Positions 15,001 to 30,000 of a DNA stretch of 64,000 nucleotides are shown piece by piece. A program made the translations under genes and the position numbers. A model generated the notes under the pieces. That model made no database searches and had not been told where the DNA came from. It worked only from the letters and a program-made list of their open reading frames with translations. This stretch comes from Eledone cirrhosa (lineage: Eukaryota): NCBI GenBank assembly GCA_964016885.1, contig OZ024742.1:12772001-12836000 (forward strand). The letters run 5' to 3'. Numbering within the stretch: the first letter of the stretch is position 1; each line of letters begins with the position of its first letter.

Positions 15001-18000
15001 TTATATCTAAACAGCAGGCAAGCCTTGTAAAGGGCCTTATGTTTGCCATGCCTGATATAGATTACATCTAAACAGAAAGCCTTGTAAAGGGCCTCATGTT
15101 TGCCATGCCTGATATAGATTATATCTAAACAGCAGGCAAGCCTTGTAAAGGGCCTCATGTTTGCCATGCCTGATATAGATTATATCTAAACAGCAGGCAA
15201 GCCTTGTAAAGGGCCTCATGTTTGCCATGCCTGATATAGATTATATCTAAACAGCAGGCAAGCCTTGTAAAGGGCCTCATGTTTGCCATGCTTGATATAG
15301 ATTATATCTAAACAGCAGGCAAGCCTTGTAAAGGGCCTCATGTTTGCCATGCCTGATATAGATTACATCTAAACAGCAGGCAAGCCTTGTAAAGAGCCTC
15401 ATGTTTGCCATGCCTGATATAGATTATATCTAAACAGCAAGCCTTGTAAAGGGCCTCATGTTTGCCATGCCTGATATAGATTATATCTAAACAGCAAGCC
15501 TTGTAAAGGGCCTCATGTTTGCCATGCCTGATATAGATTATATCTAAACAGCAAGCCTTGTAAAGGGCCTCATGTTTGCCATGCCTGATATAGATTATAT
15601 CTAAACAGCAGGCAAGCCTTGTAAAGGGCCTCATGTTTGCCATGCCTGATATAGATTATATCTAAACAGCAAGCCATGTAAACGGCCTCATGTTTGCCAT
15701 GCCTGATATAGATTATATCTAAACAGCAAGCCTTGTAAAGAGCCTCATGTTTGCCATGCCTGATATAGATTATATCTAAACAGCAGGCAAGCCTTGTAAA
15801 GGGCCTCATGTTTGCCATGCCTGATATAGATTATATGTAAACAGCAAGCCTTGTAAAGGGCCTCATGTTTGCCATGCCTGATATAGATTATATCTAAACA
15901 GCAAGCCTTGTAAAGAGCCTCATGTTTGCCATGCCTGATATAGATTATATCTAAACAGCAAGCCTTGTAAAGGGCCTCATGTTTGCCATGCCTGATATAG
16001 ATTATATCTAAACAGCAAGCCTTGTAAAGAGCCTCATGTTTGCCATGCCTGATATAGATTATATCTAAACAGCAAGCCTTGTAAAGGGCCTCATGTTTGC
16101 CATGCCTGATATAGATTATATCTAAACAGCAAGCCTTGTAAAGAGCCTCATGTTTGCCATGCCTGATATAGATTATATCTAAACAGCAAGCCTTGTAAAG
16201 GGCCTCATGTTTGCCATGCCTGATATAGATTATATCTAAACAGCAAGCCTTGTAAAGGGCCTCATGTTTGCCATGCCTGATATAGATTATATCTAAACAG
16301 CAAGCCTTGTAAAGGGCCTCATGTTTGCCATGCCTGATATAGATTATATCTAAACAGCAAGCCTTGTAAAGGGCCTCATGTTTGCCATGCCTGATATAGA
16401 TTATATCTAAACAGCAGGCAAGCCTTGTAAAGGGCCTCATGTTTGCCATGCCTGATATAGATTATATCTAAACAGCAGGCAAGCCTTGTAAAGGGCCTCA
16501 TGTTTGCCATGCCTGATATAGATTATATCTAAACAGCAAGCCATGTAAAGGGCCTCATGTTTGCCATGCCTGATATAGATTATATCTAAACAGCAAGCCT
16601 TGTAAAGAGCCTCATGTTTGCCATGCCTGATATAGATTATATCTAAACAGCAGGCAAGCCTTGTAAAGGGCCTCATGTTTGCCATGCCTGATATAGATTA
16701 TATCTAAACAGCAAGCCTTGTAAAGGGCCTCATGTTTGCCATGCCTGATATAGATTATAACTAAACAGCAAGCCTTGTAAAGAGCCTCATGTTTGCCATG
16801 CTTGATATAGATTATATCTAAACAGCAAGCCTTGTAAAGGGTCTCATGTTTGCCATGCCTGATATAGATTATAACTAAACCGCAAGCCTTGTAAAGAGCC
16901 TCATGTTTGCCATGCCTGATATAGATTATATCTAAACAGCAAGCCTTGTAAAGGGCCTCATGTTTGCCATGCCTGATATAGATTACATCTAAACAGCAAG
17001 CCTTGTAAAGGGCCTCATGTTTGCCATGCCTGATATAGATTATATCTAAACAGCAGGCAAGCCTTGTAAAGGGCCTCATGTTTGCCATGCCTGATATAGA
17101 TTATATCTAAACAGCAGGCAAGCCTTGTAAAGGGCCTCATGTTTGCCATGCCTGATATAGATTATATCTAAACAGCAAGCCATGTAAAGGGCCTCATGTT
17201 TGCCATGCCTGATATAGATTATATCTAAACAGCAAGCCTTGTAAAGAGCCTCATGTTTGCCATGCCTGATATAGATTATATCTAAACAGCAGGCAAGCCT
17301 TGTAAAGGGCCTCATGTTTGCCATGCCTGATATAGATTATATCTAAACAGCAAGCCTTGTAAAGGGCCTCATGTTTGCCATGCCTGATATAGATTATATC
17401 TAAACAGCCAGCAAGCCTTGTAAAGGGCCTCATGTTTGCCATGCCTGATATAGATTATATCTAAACAGCAAGCCTTGTAAAGAGCCTCATGTTTGCCATG
17501 CCTGATATAGATTATATCTAAACAGCAAGCCTTGTAAAGGGCCTCATGTTTGCCATGCCTGATATAGATTATATCTAAACAGCAAGCCTTGTAAAGAGCC
17601 TCATGTTTGCCATGCCTGATATAGATTATATCTAAACAGCAAGCCTTGTAAAGGGCCTCATGTTTGCCATGCCTGATATAGATTATATCTAAACAGCAAG
17701 CCTTGTAAAGAGCCTCATGTTTGCCATGCCTGATATAGATTATATCTAAACAGCAAGCCTTGTAAAGGGCCTCATGTTTGCCATGCCTGATATAGATTAT
17801 ATCTAAACAGCAAGCCTTGTAAAGAGCCTCATGTTTGCCATGCCTGATATAGATTACATCTAAACAGCAGGCAAGCCTTGTAAAGAGCCTCATGTTTGCC
17901 ATGCCTGATATAGATTATATCTAAACAGCAGGCAAGCCTTGTAAAGGGCCTTATGTTTGCCATGCCTGATATAGATTACATCTAAACAGAAAGCCTTGTA

Positions 18001-21000
18001 AAGGGCCTCATGTTTGCCATGCCTGATATAGATTATATCTAAACAGCAGGCAAGCCTTGTAAAGGGCCTCATGTTTGCCATGCCTGATATAGATTATATC
18101 TAAACAGCAAGCCTTGTAAAGGGCCTCATGTTTGCCATGCCTGATAGAGATTATATCTAAACAGCAAGCCTTGTAAAGGGCCTCATGTTTGCCATGCCTG
18201 ATATAGATTATATCTAAACAGCAGGCAAGCCTTGTAAAGGGCCTCATGTTTGCCATGCCTGATATAGATTATATCTAAACAGCAAGCCATGTAAAGGGCC
18301 TCATGTTTGCCATGCCTGATATAGATTATATCTAAACAGCAAGCCTTGTAAAGAGCCTCATGTTTGCCATGCCTGATATAGATTATATCTAAACAGCAGG
18401 CAAGCCTTGTAAAGGGCCTCATGTTTGCCATGCCTGATATAGATTATATCTAAACAGCCAGCAAGCCTTGTAAAGGGCCTCATGTTTGCCATGCCTGATA
18501 TAGATTATATCTAAACAGCAAGCCTTGTAAAGAGCCTCATGTTTGCCATGCCTGATATAGATTATATCTAAACAGCAAGCCTTGTAAAGGGCCTCATGTT
18601 TGCCATGCCTGATATAGATTATATCTAAACAGCAAGCCTTGTAAAGAGCCTCATGTTTGCCATGCCTGATATAGATTATATCTAAACAGCAAGCCTTGTA
18701 AAGGGCCTCATGTTTGCCATGCCTGATATAGATTATATCTAAACAGCAAGCCTTGTAAAGAGCCTCATGTTTGCCATGCCTGATATAGATTATATCTAAA
18801 CAGCAAGCCTTGTAAAGGGCCTCATGTTTGCCATGCCTGATATAGATTATATCTAAACAGCAAGCCTTGTAAAGAGCCTCATGTTTGCCATGCCTGATAT
18901 AGATTACATCTAAACAGCAGGCAAGCCTTGTAAAGAGCCTCATGTTTGCCATGCCTGATATAGATTATATCTAAACAGCAGGCAAGCCTTGTAAAGGGCC
19001 TTATGTTTGCCATGCCTGATATAGATTACATCTAAACAGAAAGCCTTGTAAAGGGCCTCATGTTTGCCATGCCTGATATAGATTATATCTAAACAGCAGG
19101 CAAGCCTTGTAAAGGGCCTCATGTTTGCCATGCCTGATATAGATTATATCTAAACAGCAGGCAAGCCTTGTAAAGGGCCTCATGTTTGCCATGCCTGATA
19201 TAGATTATATCTAAACAGCAGGCAAGCCTTGTAAAGGGCCTCATGTTTGCCATGCTTGATATAGATTATATCTAAACAGCAGGCAAGCCTTGTAAAGGGC
19301 CTCATGTTTGCCATGCCTGATATATATTACATCTAAACAGCAGGCAAGCCTTGTAAAGAGCCTCATGTTTGCCATGCCTGATATAGATTATATCTAAACA
19401 GCAAGCCTTGTAAAGGGCCTCATGTTTGCCATGCCTGATATAGATTATATCTAAACAGCAAGCCTTGTAAAGGGCCTCATGTTTGCCATGCCTGATATAG
19501 ATTATATCTAAACAGCAAGCCTTGTAAAGGGCCTCATGTTTGCCATGCCTGATATAGATTATATCTAAACAGCAGGCAAGCCTTGTAAAGGGCCTCATGT
19601 TTGCCATGCCTGATATAGATTATATCTAAACAGCAAGCCATGTAAACGGCCTCATGTTTGCCATGCCTGATATAGATTATATCTAAACAGCAAGCCTTGT
19701 AAAGAGCCTCATGTTTGCCATGCCTGATATAGATTATATCTAAACAGCAGGCAAGCCTTGTAAAGGGCCTCATGTTTGCCATGCCTGATATAGATTATAT
19801 CTAAACAGCAAGCCTTGTAAAGGGCCTCATGTTTGCCATGCCTGATATAGATTATATCTAAACAGCAAGCCTTGTAAAGAGCCTCATGTTTGCCATGCCT
19901 GATATAGATTATATCTAAACAGCAAGCCTTGTAAAGGGCCTCATGTTTGCCATGCCTGATATAGATTATATCTAAACAGCAAGCCTTGTAAAGAGCCTCA
20001 TGTTTGCCATGCCTGATATAGATTATATCTAAACAGCAAGCCTTGTAAAGGGCCTCATGTTTGCCATGCCTGATATAGATTATATCTAAACAGCAAGCCT
20101 TGTAAAGAGCCTCATGTTTGCCATGCCTGATATAGATTATATCTAAACAGCAAGCCTTGTAAAGGGCCTCATGTTTGCCATGCCTGATATAGATTATATC
20201 TAAACAGCAAGCCTTGTAAAGGGCCTCATGTTTGCCATGCCTGATATAGATTATATCTAAACAGCAAGCCTTGTAAAGGGCCTCATGTTTGCCATGCCTG
20301 ATATAGATTATATCTAAACAGCAGGCAAGCCTTGTAAAGGGCCTCATGTTTGCCATGCCTGATATAGATTATATCTAAACAGCAGGCAAGCCTTGTAAAG
20401 GGCCTCATGTTTGCCATGCCTGATATAGATTATATCTAAACAGCAAGCCATGTAAAGGGCCTCATGTTTGCCATGCCTGATATAGATTATATCTAAACAG
20501 CAAGCCTTGTAAAGAGCCTCATGTTTGCCATGCCTGATATAGATTATATCTAAACAGCAGGCAAGCCTTGTAAAGGGCCTCATGTTTGCCATGCCTGATA
20601 TAGATTATATCTAAACAGCAAGCCTTGTAAAGGGCCTCATGTTTGCCATGCCTGATATAGATTATACCTAAACAGCCAGCAAGCCTTGTAAAGGGCCTCA
20701 TGTTTGCCATGCCTGATATAGATTATATCTAAACAGCAAGCCTTGTAAAGAGCCTCATGTTTGCCATGCCTGATATAGATTATATCTAAACAGCAAGCCT
20801 TGTAAAGGGCCTCATGTTTGCCATGCCTGATATAGATTATATCTAAACAGCAAGCCTTGTAAAGAGCCTCATGTTTGCCATGCCTGATATAGATTATATC
20901 TAAACAGCAAGCCTTGTAAAGGGCCTCATGTTTGCCATGCCTGATATAGATTATATCTAAACAGCAAGCCTTGTAAAGAGCCTCATGTTTGCCATGCCTG

Positions 21001-24000
21001 ATATAGATTATATCTAAACAGCAAGCCTTGTAAAGGGCCTCATGTTTGCCATGCCTGATATAGATTATATCTAAACAGCAAGCCTTGTAAAGAGCCTCAT
21101 GTTTGTCATGCCTGATATAGATTACATCTAAACAGCAGGCAAGCCTTGTAAAGAGCCTCATGTTTGCCATGCCTGATATAGATTATATCTAAACAGCAGG
21201 CAAGCCTTGTAAAGGGCCTTATGTTTGCCATGCCTGATATAGATTACATCTAAACAGAAAGCCTTGTAAAGGGCCTCATGTTTGCCATGCCTGATATAGA
21301 TTATATCTAAACAGCAGGCAAGCCTTGTAAAGGGCCTCATGTTTGCCATGCCTGATATAGATTATATCTAAACAGCAGGCAAGCCTTGTAAAGGGCCTCA
21401 TGTTTGCCATGCCTGATATAGATTATATCTAAACAGCAGGCAAGCCTTGTAAAGGGCCTCATGTTTGCCATGCTTGATATAGATTATATCTAAACAGCAG
21501 GCAAGCCTTGTAAAGGGCCTCATGTTTGCCATGCCTGATATAGATTACATCTAAACAGCAGGCAAGCCTTGTAAAGAGCCTCATGTTTGCCATGCCTGAT
21601 ATAGATTATATCTAAACAGCAAGCCTTGTAAAGGGCCTCATGTTTGCCATGCCTGATATAGATTATATCTAAACAGCAAGCCTTGTAAAGGGCCTCATGT
21701 TTGCCATGCCTGATATAGATTATATCTAAACAGCAAGCCTTGTAAAGGGCCTCATGTTTGCCATGCCTGATATAGATTATATCTAAACAGCAGGCAAGCC
21801 TTGTAAAGGGCCTCATGTTTGCCATGCCTGATATAGATTATATCTAAACAGCAAGCCATGTAAACGGCCTCATGTTTGCCATGCCTGATATAGATTATAT
21901 CTAAACAGCAAGCCTTGTAAAGAGCCTCATGTTTGCCATGCCTGATATAGATTATATCTAAACAGCAGGCAAGCCTTGTAAAGGGCCTCATGTTTGCCAT
22001 GCCTGATGTAGATTATATCTAAACAGCAAGCCTTGTAAAGGGCCTCATGTTTGCCATGCCTGATATAGATTATATCTAAACAGCAAGCCTTGTAAAGAGC
22101 CTCATGTTTGCCATGCCTGATATAGATTATATCTAAACAGCAAGCCTTGTAAAGGGCCTCATGTTTGCCATGCCTGATATAGATTATATCTAAACAGCAA
22201 GCCTTGTAAAGAGCCTCATGTTTGCCATGCCTGATATAGATTATATCTAAACAGCAAGCCTTGTAAAGGGCCTCATGTTTGCCATGCCTGATATAGATTA
22301 TATCTAAACAGCAAGCCTTGTAAAGAGCCTCATGTTTGCCATGCCTGATATAGATTATATCTAAACAGCAAGCCTTGTAAAGGGCCTCATGTTTGCCATG
22401 CCTGATATAGATTATATCTAAACAGCAAGCCTTGTAAAGGGCCTCATGTTTGCCATGCCTGATATAGATTATATCTAAACAGCAAGCCTTGTAAAGGGCC
22501 TCATGTTTGCCATGCCTGATATAGATTATATCTAAACAGCAGGCAAGCCTTGTAAAGGGCCTCATGTTTGCCATGCCTGATATAGATTATATCTAAACAG
22601 CAGGCAAGCCTTGTAAAGGGCCTCATGTTTGCCATGCCTGATATAGATTATATCTAAACAGCAAGCCATGTAAAGGGCCTCATGTTTGCCATGCCTGATA
22701 TAGATTATATCTAAACAGCAAGCCTTGTAAAGAGCCTCATGGTTGCCATGCCTGATATAGATTATATCTAAACAGCAGGCAAGCCTTGTAAAGGGCCTCA
22801 TGTTTGCCATGCCTGATATAGATTATATCTAAACAGCAAGCCTTGTAAAGGGCCTCATGTTTGCCATGCCTGATATAGATTATATCTAAACAGCAAGCCT
22901 TGTAAAGAGCCTCATGTTTGCCATGCTTGATATAGATTATATCTAAACAGCAAGCCTTGTAAAGGGTCTCATGTTTGCCATGCCTGATATAGATTATATC
23001 TAAACCGCAAGCCTTGTAAAGAGCCTCATGTTTGCCATGCCTGATATAGATTATATCTAAACAGCAAGCCTTGTAAAGGGCCTCATGTTTGCCATGCCTG
23101 ATATAGATTACATCTAAACAGCAAGCCTTGTAAAGGGCCTCATGTTTGCCATGCCTGATATAGATTATATCTAAACAGCAGGCAAGCCTTGTAAAGGGCC
23201 TCATGTTTGCCATGCCTGATATAGATTATATCTAAACAGCAGGCAAGCCTTGTAAAGGGCCTCATGTTTGCCATGCCTGATATAGATTATATCTAAACAG
23301 CAAGCCATGTAAAGGGCCTCATGTTTGCCATGCCTGATATAGATTATATCTAAACAGCAAGCCTTGTAAAGAGCCTCATGTTTGCCATGCCTGATATAGA
23401 TTATATCTAAACAGCAGGCAAGCCTTGTAAAGGGCCTCATGTTTGCCATGCCTGATATAGATTATATCTAAACAGCAAGCCTTGTAAAGGGCCTCATGTT
23501 TGCCATGCCTGATATAGATTATATCTAAACAGCCAGCAAGCCTTGTAAAGGGCCTCATGTTTGCCATGCCTGATATAGATTATATCTAAACAGCAAGCCT
23601 TGTAAAGAGCCTCATGTTTGCCATGCCTGATATAGATTATATCTAAACAGCAAGCCTTGTAAAGGGCCTCATGTTTGCCATGCCTGATATAGATTATATC
23701 TAAACAGCAAGCCTTGTAAAGAGCCTCATGTTTGCCATGCCTGATATAGATTATATCTAAACAGCAAGCCTTGTAAAGGGCCTCATGTTTGCCATGCCTG
23801 ATATAGATTATATCTAAACAGCAAGCCTTGTAAAGAGCCTCATGTTTGCCATGCCTGATATAGATTATATCTAAACAGCAAGCCTTGTAAAGGGCCTCAT
23901 GTTTGCCATGCCTGATATAGATTATATCTAAACAGCAAGCCTTGTAAAGAGCCTCATGTTTGCCATGCCTGATATAGATTACATCTAAACAGCAGGCAAG

Positions 24001-27000
24001 CCTTGTAAAGAGCCTCATGTTTGCCATGCCTGATATAGATTATATCTAAACAGCAGGCAAGCCTTGTAAAGGGCCTTATGTTTGCCATGCCTGATATAGA
24101 TTACATCTAAACAGAAAGCCTTGTAAAGGGCCTCATGTTTGCCATGCCTGATATAGATTATATCTAAACAGCAGGCAAGCCTTGTAAAGGGCCTCATGTT
24201 TGCCATGCCTGATATAGATTATATCTAAACAGCAGGCAAGCCTTGTAAAGGGCCTCATGTTTGCCATGCCTGATATAGATTATATCTAAACAGCAGGCAA
24301 GCCTTGTAAAGGGCCTCATGTTTGCCATGCTTGATATAGATTATATCTAAACAGCAGGCAAGCCTTGTAAAGGGCCTCATGTTTGCCATGCCTGATATAG
24401 ATTACATCTAAACAGCAGGCAAGCCTTGTAAAGAGCCTCATGTTTGCCATGCCTGATATAGATTATATCTAAACAGCAAGCCTTGTAAAGGGCCTCATGT
24501 TTGCCATGCCTGATATAGATTATATCTAAACAGCAAGCCTTGTAAAGGGCCTCATGTTTGCCATGCCTGATATAGATTATATCTAAACAGCAAGCCTTGT
24601 AAAGGGCCTCATGTTTGCCATGCCTGATATAGATTATATCTAAACAGCAGGCAAGCCTTGTAAAGGGCCTCATGTTTGCCATGCCTGATATAGATTATAT
24701 CTAAACAGCAAGCCATGTAAACGGCCTCATGTTTGCCATGCCTGATATAGATTATATCTAAACAGCAAGCCTTGTAAAGAGCCTCATGTTTGCCATGCCT
24801 GATATAGATTATATCTAAACAGCAGGCAAGCCTTGTAAAGGGCCTCATGTTTGCCATGCCTGATATAGATTATATCTAAACAGCAAGCCTTGTAAAGGGC
24901 CTCATGTTTGCCATGCCTGATATAGATTATATCTAAACAGCAAGCCTTGTAAAGAGCCTCATGTTTGCCATGCCTGATATAGATTATATCTAAACAGCAA
25001 GCCTTGTAAAGGGCCTCATGTTTGCCATGCCTGATATAGATTATATCTAAACAGCAAGCCTTGTAAAGAGCCTCATGTTTGCCATGCCTGATATAGATTA
25101 TATCTAAACAGCAAGCCTTGTAAAGGGCCTCATGTTTGCCATGCCTGATATAGATTATATCTAAACAGCAAGCCTTGTAAAGAGCCTCATGTTTGCCATG
25201 CCTGATATAGATTATATCTAAACAGCAAGCCTTGTAAAGGGCCTCATGTTTGCCATGCCTGATATAGATTATATCTAAACAGCAAGCCTTGTAAAGGGCC
25301 TCATGTTTGCCATGCCTGATATAGATTATATCTAAACAGCAAGCCTTGTAAAGGGCCTCATGTTTGCCATGCCTGATATAGATTATATCTAAACAGCAGG
25401 CAAGCCTTGTAAAGGGCCTCATGTTTGCCATGCCTGATATAGATTATATCTAAACAGCAGGCAAGCCTTGTAAAGGGCCTCATGTTTGCCATGCCTGATA
25501 TAGATTATATCTAAACAGCAAGCCATGTAAAGGGCCTCATGTTTGCCATGCCTGATATAGATTATATCTAAACAGCAAGCCTTGTAAAGAGCCTCATGTT
25601 TGCCATGCCTGATATAGATTATATCTAAACAGCAGGCAAGCCTTGTAAAGGGCCTCATGTTTGCCATGCCTGATATAGATTATATCTAAACAGCAAGCCT
25701 TGTAAAGGGCCTCATGTTTGCCATGCCTGATATAGATTATATCTAAACAGCAAGCCTTGTAAAGAGCCTCATGTTTGCCATGCTTGATATAGATTATATC
25801 TAAACAGCAAGCCTTGTAAAGGGTCTCATGTTTGCCATGCCTGATATAGATTATATCTAAACAGCAAGCCTTGTAAAGAGCCTCATGTTTGCCATGCCTG
25901 ATATAGATTATATCTAAACAGCAAGCCTTGTAAAGGGCCTCATGTTTGCCATGCCTGATATAGATTACATCTAAACAGCAAGCCTTGTAAAGGGCCTCAT
26001 GTTTGCCATGCCTGATATAGATTATATCTAAACAGCAGGCAAGCCTTGTAAAGGGCCTCATGTTTGCCATGCCTGATATAGATTACATCTAAACAGCAGG
26101 CAAGCCTTGTAAAGAGCCTCATGTTTGCCATGCCTGATATAGATTATATCTAAACAGCAAGCCTTGTAAAGGGCCTCATGTTTGCCATGCCTGATATAGA
26201 TTATATCTAAACATCAAGCCTTGTAAAGGGCCTCATGTTTGCCATGCCTGATATAGATTATATCTAAACAGCAAGCCTTGTAAAGGGCCTCATGTTTGCC
26301 ATGCCTGATATAGATTATATCTAAACAGCAGGCAAGCCTTGTAAAGGGCCTCATGTTTGCCATGCCTGATATAGATTATATCTAAACAGCAAGCCATGTA
26401 AACGGCCTCATGTTTGCCATGCCTGATATAGATTATATCTAAACAGCAAGCCTTGTAAAGGGCCTCATGTTTGCCATGCCTGATATAGATTATTTCTAAA
26501 CAGCAAGCCTTGTAAAGGGCCTCATGTTTGCCATGCCTGATATAGATTATATCTAAACAGCAAGCCTTGTAAAGAGCCTCATGTTTGCCATGCCTGATAT
26601 AGATTATATCTAAACAGCAAGCCTTGTAAAGGGCCTCATGTTTGCCATGCCTGATATAGATTATATCTAAACAGCAAGCCTTGTAAAGAGCCTCATGTTT
26701 GCCATGCCTGATATAGATTATATCTAAACAGCAAGCCTTGTAAAGGGCCTCATGTTTGCCATGCCTGATATAGATTATATCTAATCAGCAAACCTTGTAA
26801 AGAGCCTCATGTTTGCCATGCCTGATATAGATTATATCTAAACAGCAAGCCTTGTAAAGGGCCTCATGTTTGCCATGCCTGATATAGATTATATCTAAAC
26901 AGCAAGCCTTGTAAAGAGCCTCATGTTTGCCATGCCTGATATAGATTATATCTAAACAGCAAGCCTTGTAAAGGGCCTCATGTTTGCCATGCCTGATATA

Positions 27001-30000
27001 GATTATATCTAAACAGCAAGCCTTGTAAAGGGCCTCATGTTTGCCATGCCTGATATAGATTATATCTAAACAGCAGGCAAGCCTTGTAAAGGGCCTCATG
27101 TTTGCCATGCCTGATATAGATTATATCTAGACAGCAGGCAAGCCTTGTAAAGGGCCTCATGTTTGCCATGCCTGATATAGATTATATCTAAACAGCAAGC
27201 CATGTAAAGGGCCTCATGTTTGCCATGCCTGATATAGATTATATCTAAACAGCAAGCCTTGTAAAGAGCCTCATGTTTGCCATGCCTGATATAGATTATA
27301 TCTAAACAGCAGGCAAGCCTTGTAAAGGGCCTCATGTTTGCCATGCCTGATATAGATTATATCTAAACAGCAAGCCTTGTAAAGGGCCTCATGTTTGCCA
27401 TGCCTGATATAGATTATATCTAAACAGCAAGCCTTGTAAAGAGCCTCATGTTTGCCATGCCTGATATAGATTATATCTAAACAGCAAGCCTTGTAAAGGG
27501 CCTCATGTTTGCCATGCCTGATATAGATTATATCTAAACAGCAAGCCTTGTAAAGGGCCTCATGTTTGCCATGCCTGATATAGATTATATCTAAACAGCA
27601 AGCCTTGTAAAGAGCCTCATGTTTGCCATGCCTGATATAGATTACATCTAAACAGCAGGCAAGCCTTGTAAAGAGCCTCATGTTTGCCATGCCTGATATA
27701 GATTATATCTAAACAGCAGGCAAGCCTTGTAAAGGGCCTCATGTTTGCCATGCCTGATATAGATTACATCTAAACCGCAAGCCTTGTAAAGGGCCTCATG
27801 TTTGCCATGCCTGATATAGATTATATCTAAACAGCAGGCAAGCCTTGTAAAGGGCCTCATGTTTGCCATGCCTGATATAGATTATATCTAAACAGCAAGC
27901 CTTGTAAAGAGCCTCATGTTTGCCATGCCTGATATAGATTATATCTAAACAGCAAACTTGTAAAGAGCCTCATGTTTACCATGCCTGATATAGATTATAT
28001 CTAAACATCAAGCCCTGTAAAGGGCCTCATGTTTGCCATGCCTGATATTGATTATATCTAAACAGCAAGCCTTGTAAAGGGCCTCATGTTTGCCATGCCT
28101 GATATAGATTATATCTAAACAGCAAGCCTTGTAAAGAGCCTCATGTTTGCCATGCCTGATATAGATTATATCTAAACAGCAAGCCTTGTAAAGGGCCTCA
28201 TGTTTGCCATGCCTGATATAGATTATATCTAAACAGCAGGCAAGCCTTGTAAAGAGCCTCATGTTTGCCATGCCTGATATAGATTATATTTAAACAGCAG
28301 GCAAGCCTTGTAAAGAGCCTCATGTTTGCCATGCCTGATATAGATTATATCTAAACAGCAGGCAAGCCTTGTAAAGGGCCTCATGTTTGCCATGCCTGAT
28401 ATAGATTATATCTAAACAGCAGGCAAGCCTTGTAAAGGGCCTCATGTTTGCCATGCCTGATATAGATTATATCTAAACAGCAAGCCTTGTAAAGGGCCTC
28501 ATGTTTGCCATGCCTGATATAGATTACATCTAAACAGCAGGCAAGCCTTGTAAAGAGCCTCATGTTTGCCATGCCTGATATAGATTATATCTAAACAGCA
28601 AGCCTTGTAAAGGGCCTTATGTTTGCCATGTCTGATCTAGATTACATCTAAACAGCAGGCAAGCCTTGTAAAGGGCCTCATGTTTGCCATGCCTGATATA
28701 GATTATATCTAAACAGCAGGCAAGCCTTGTAAAGGGCCTCATGTTTGCCATGCCTGATATAGATTATATCTAAACAGCAGGCAAGCCTTGTAAAGGGCCT
28801 CATGTTTGCCATGCCTGATATAGATTATATCTAAACAGCAGGCAAACCTTGTAAAGGGCCTCATGTTTGCCATGCCTGATATAGATTACATCTAAACAGC
28901 AGGCAAGCCTTCTAAAGGGCCTTTTGTTTGCCATGCCTGATATAGATTACATCTAAACAGCAGGCAAGCCTTGTAAAGAGCCTCATGTTTGCCATGCCTG
29001 ATATAGATTATATCTAAACAGCAGGCAAGCCTTGTAAAGGGCCTCATGTTTGCCATGCCTGATATAGATTATATCTAAACAGCAGGCAAGCCTTGTAAAG
29101 AGCCTCATGTTTGCCATGCCTGATATAGATTATATCTAAACAGCAGACAAGCCTTGTAAAGGGCCTCATGTTTGCCATGCCTGATATAGATTATATCTAA
29201 ACAGCAGGCAAGCCTTGTAAAGGGCCTCATGTTTGCCATGCCTGATATAGATTACATCTAAACAGCAGGCAAGCCTTGTAAAGAGCCTCATGTTTGCCAT
29301 GCCTGATATAGATTATATCTAAACAGCAAGCCTTGTAAAGGGCCTCATGTTTGCCATGCCTGATATAGATTATATCTAAACAGCAAGCCTTGTAAAGGGC
29401 CTCATGTTTGCCATGCCTGATATAGATTATATCTAAACAGCAAGCCTTGTAAAGGGCCTCATGTTTGCCATGCCTGATATAGATTATATCTAAACAGCAA
29501 GCCTTGTAAAGGGCCTCATGTTTGCCATGCCTGATATAGATTATATCCAAAACAGCAGGCAAGCCTTGTAAAGGGCCTCATGTTTGCCATGCCTGATATA
29601 GATTATATCTAAACAGCAAGCCATGTAAACGGCCTCATGTTTGCCATGCCTGATATAGATTATATCTAAACAGCAAGCCTTGTAAAGAGCCTCATGTTTG
29701 CCATGCCTGATATAGATTATATCTAAACAGCAGGCAAGCCTTGTAAAGGGCCTCATGTTTGCCATGCCTGATATAGATTATATCTAAACAGCAAGCCTTG
29801 TAAAGGGCCTCATGTTTGCCATGCCTGATATAGATTATATCTAAACAGCAAGCCTTGTAAAGAGCCTCATGTTTGCCATGCCTGATATAGATTATATCTA
29901 AACAGCAAGCCTTGTAAAGGGCCTCATGTTTGCCATGCCTGATATAGATTATATCTAAACAGCAAGCCTTGTAAAGAGCCTCATGTTTGCCATGCCTGAT

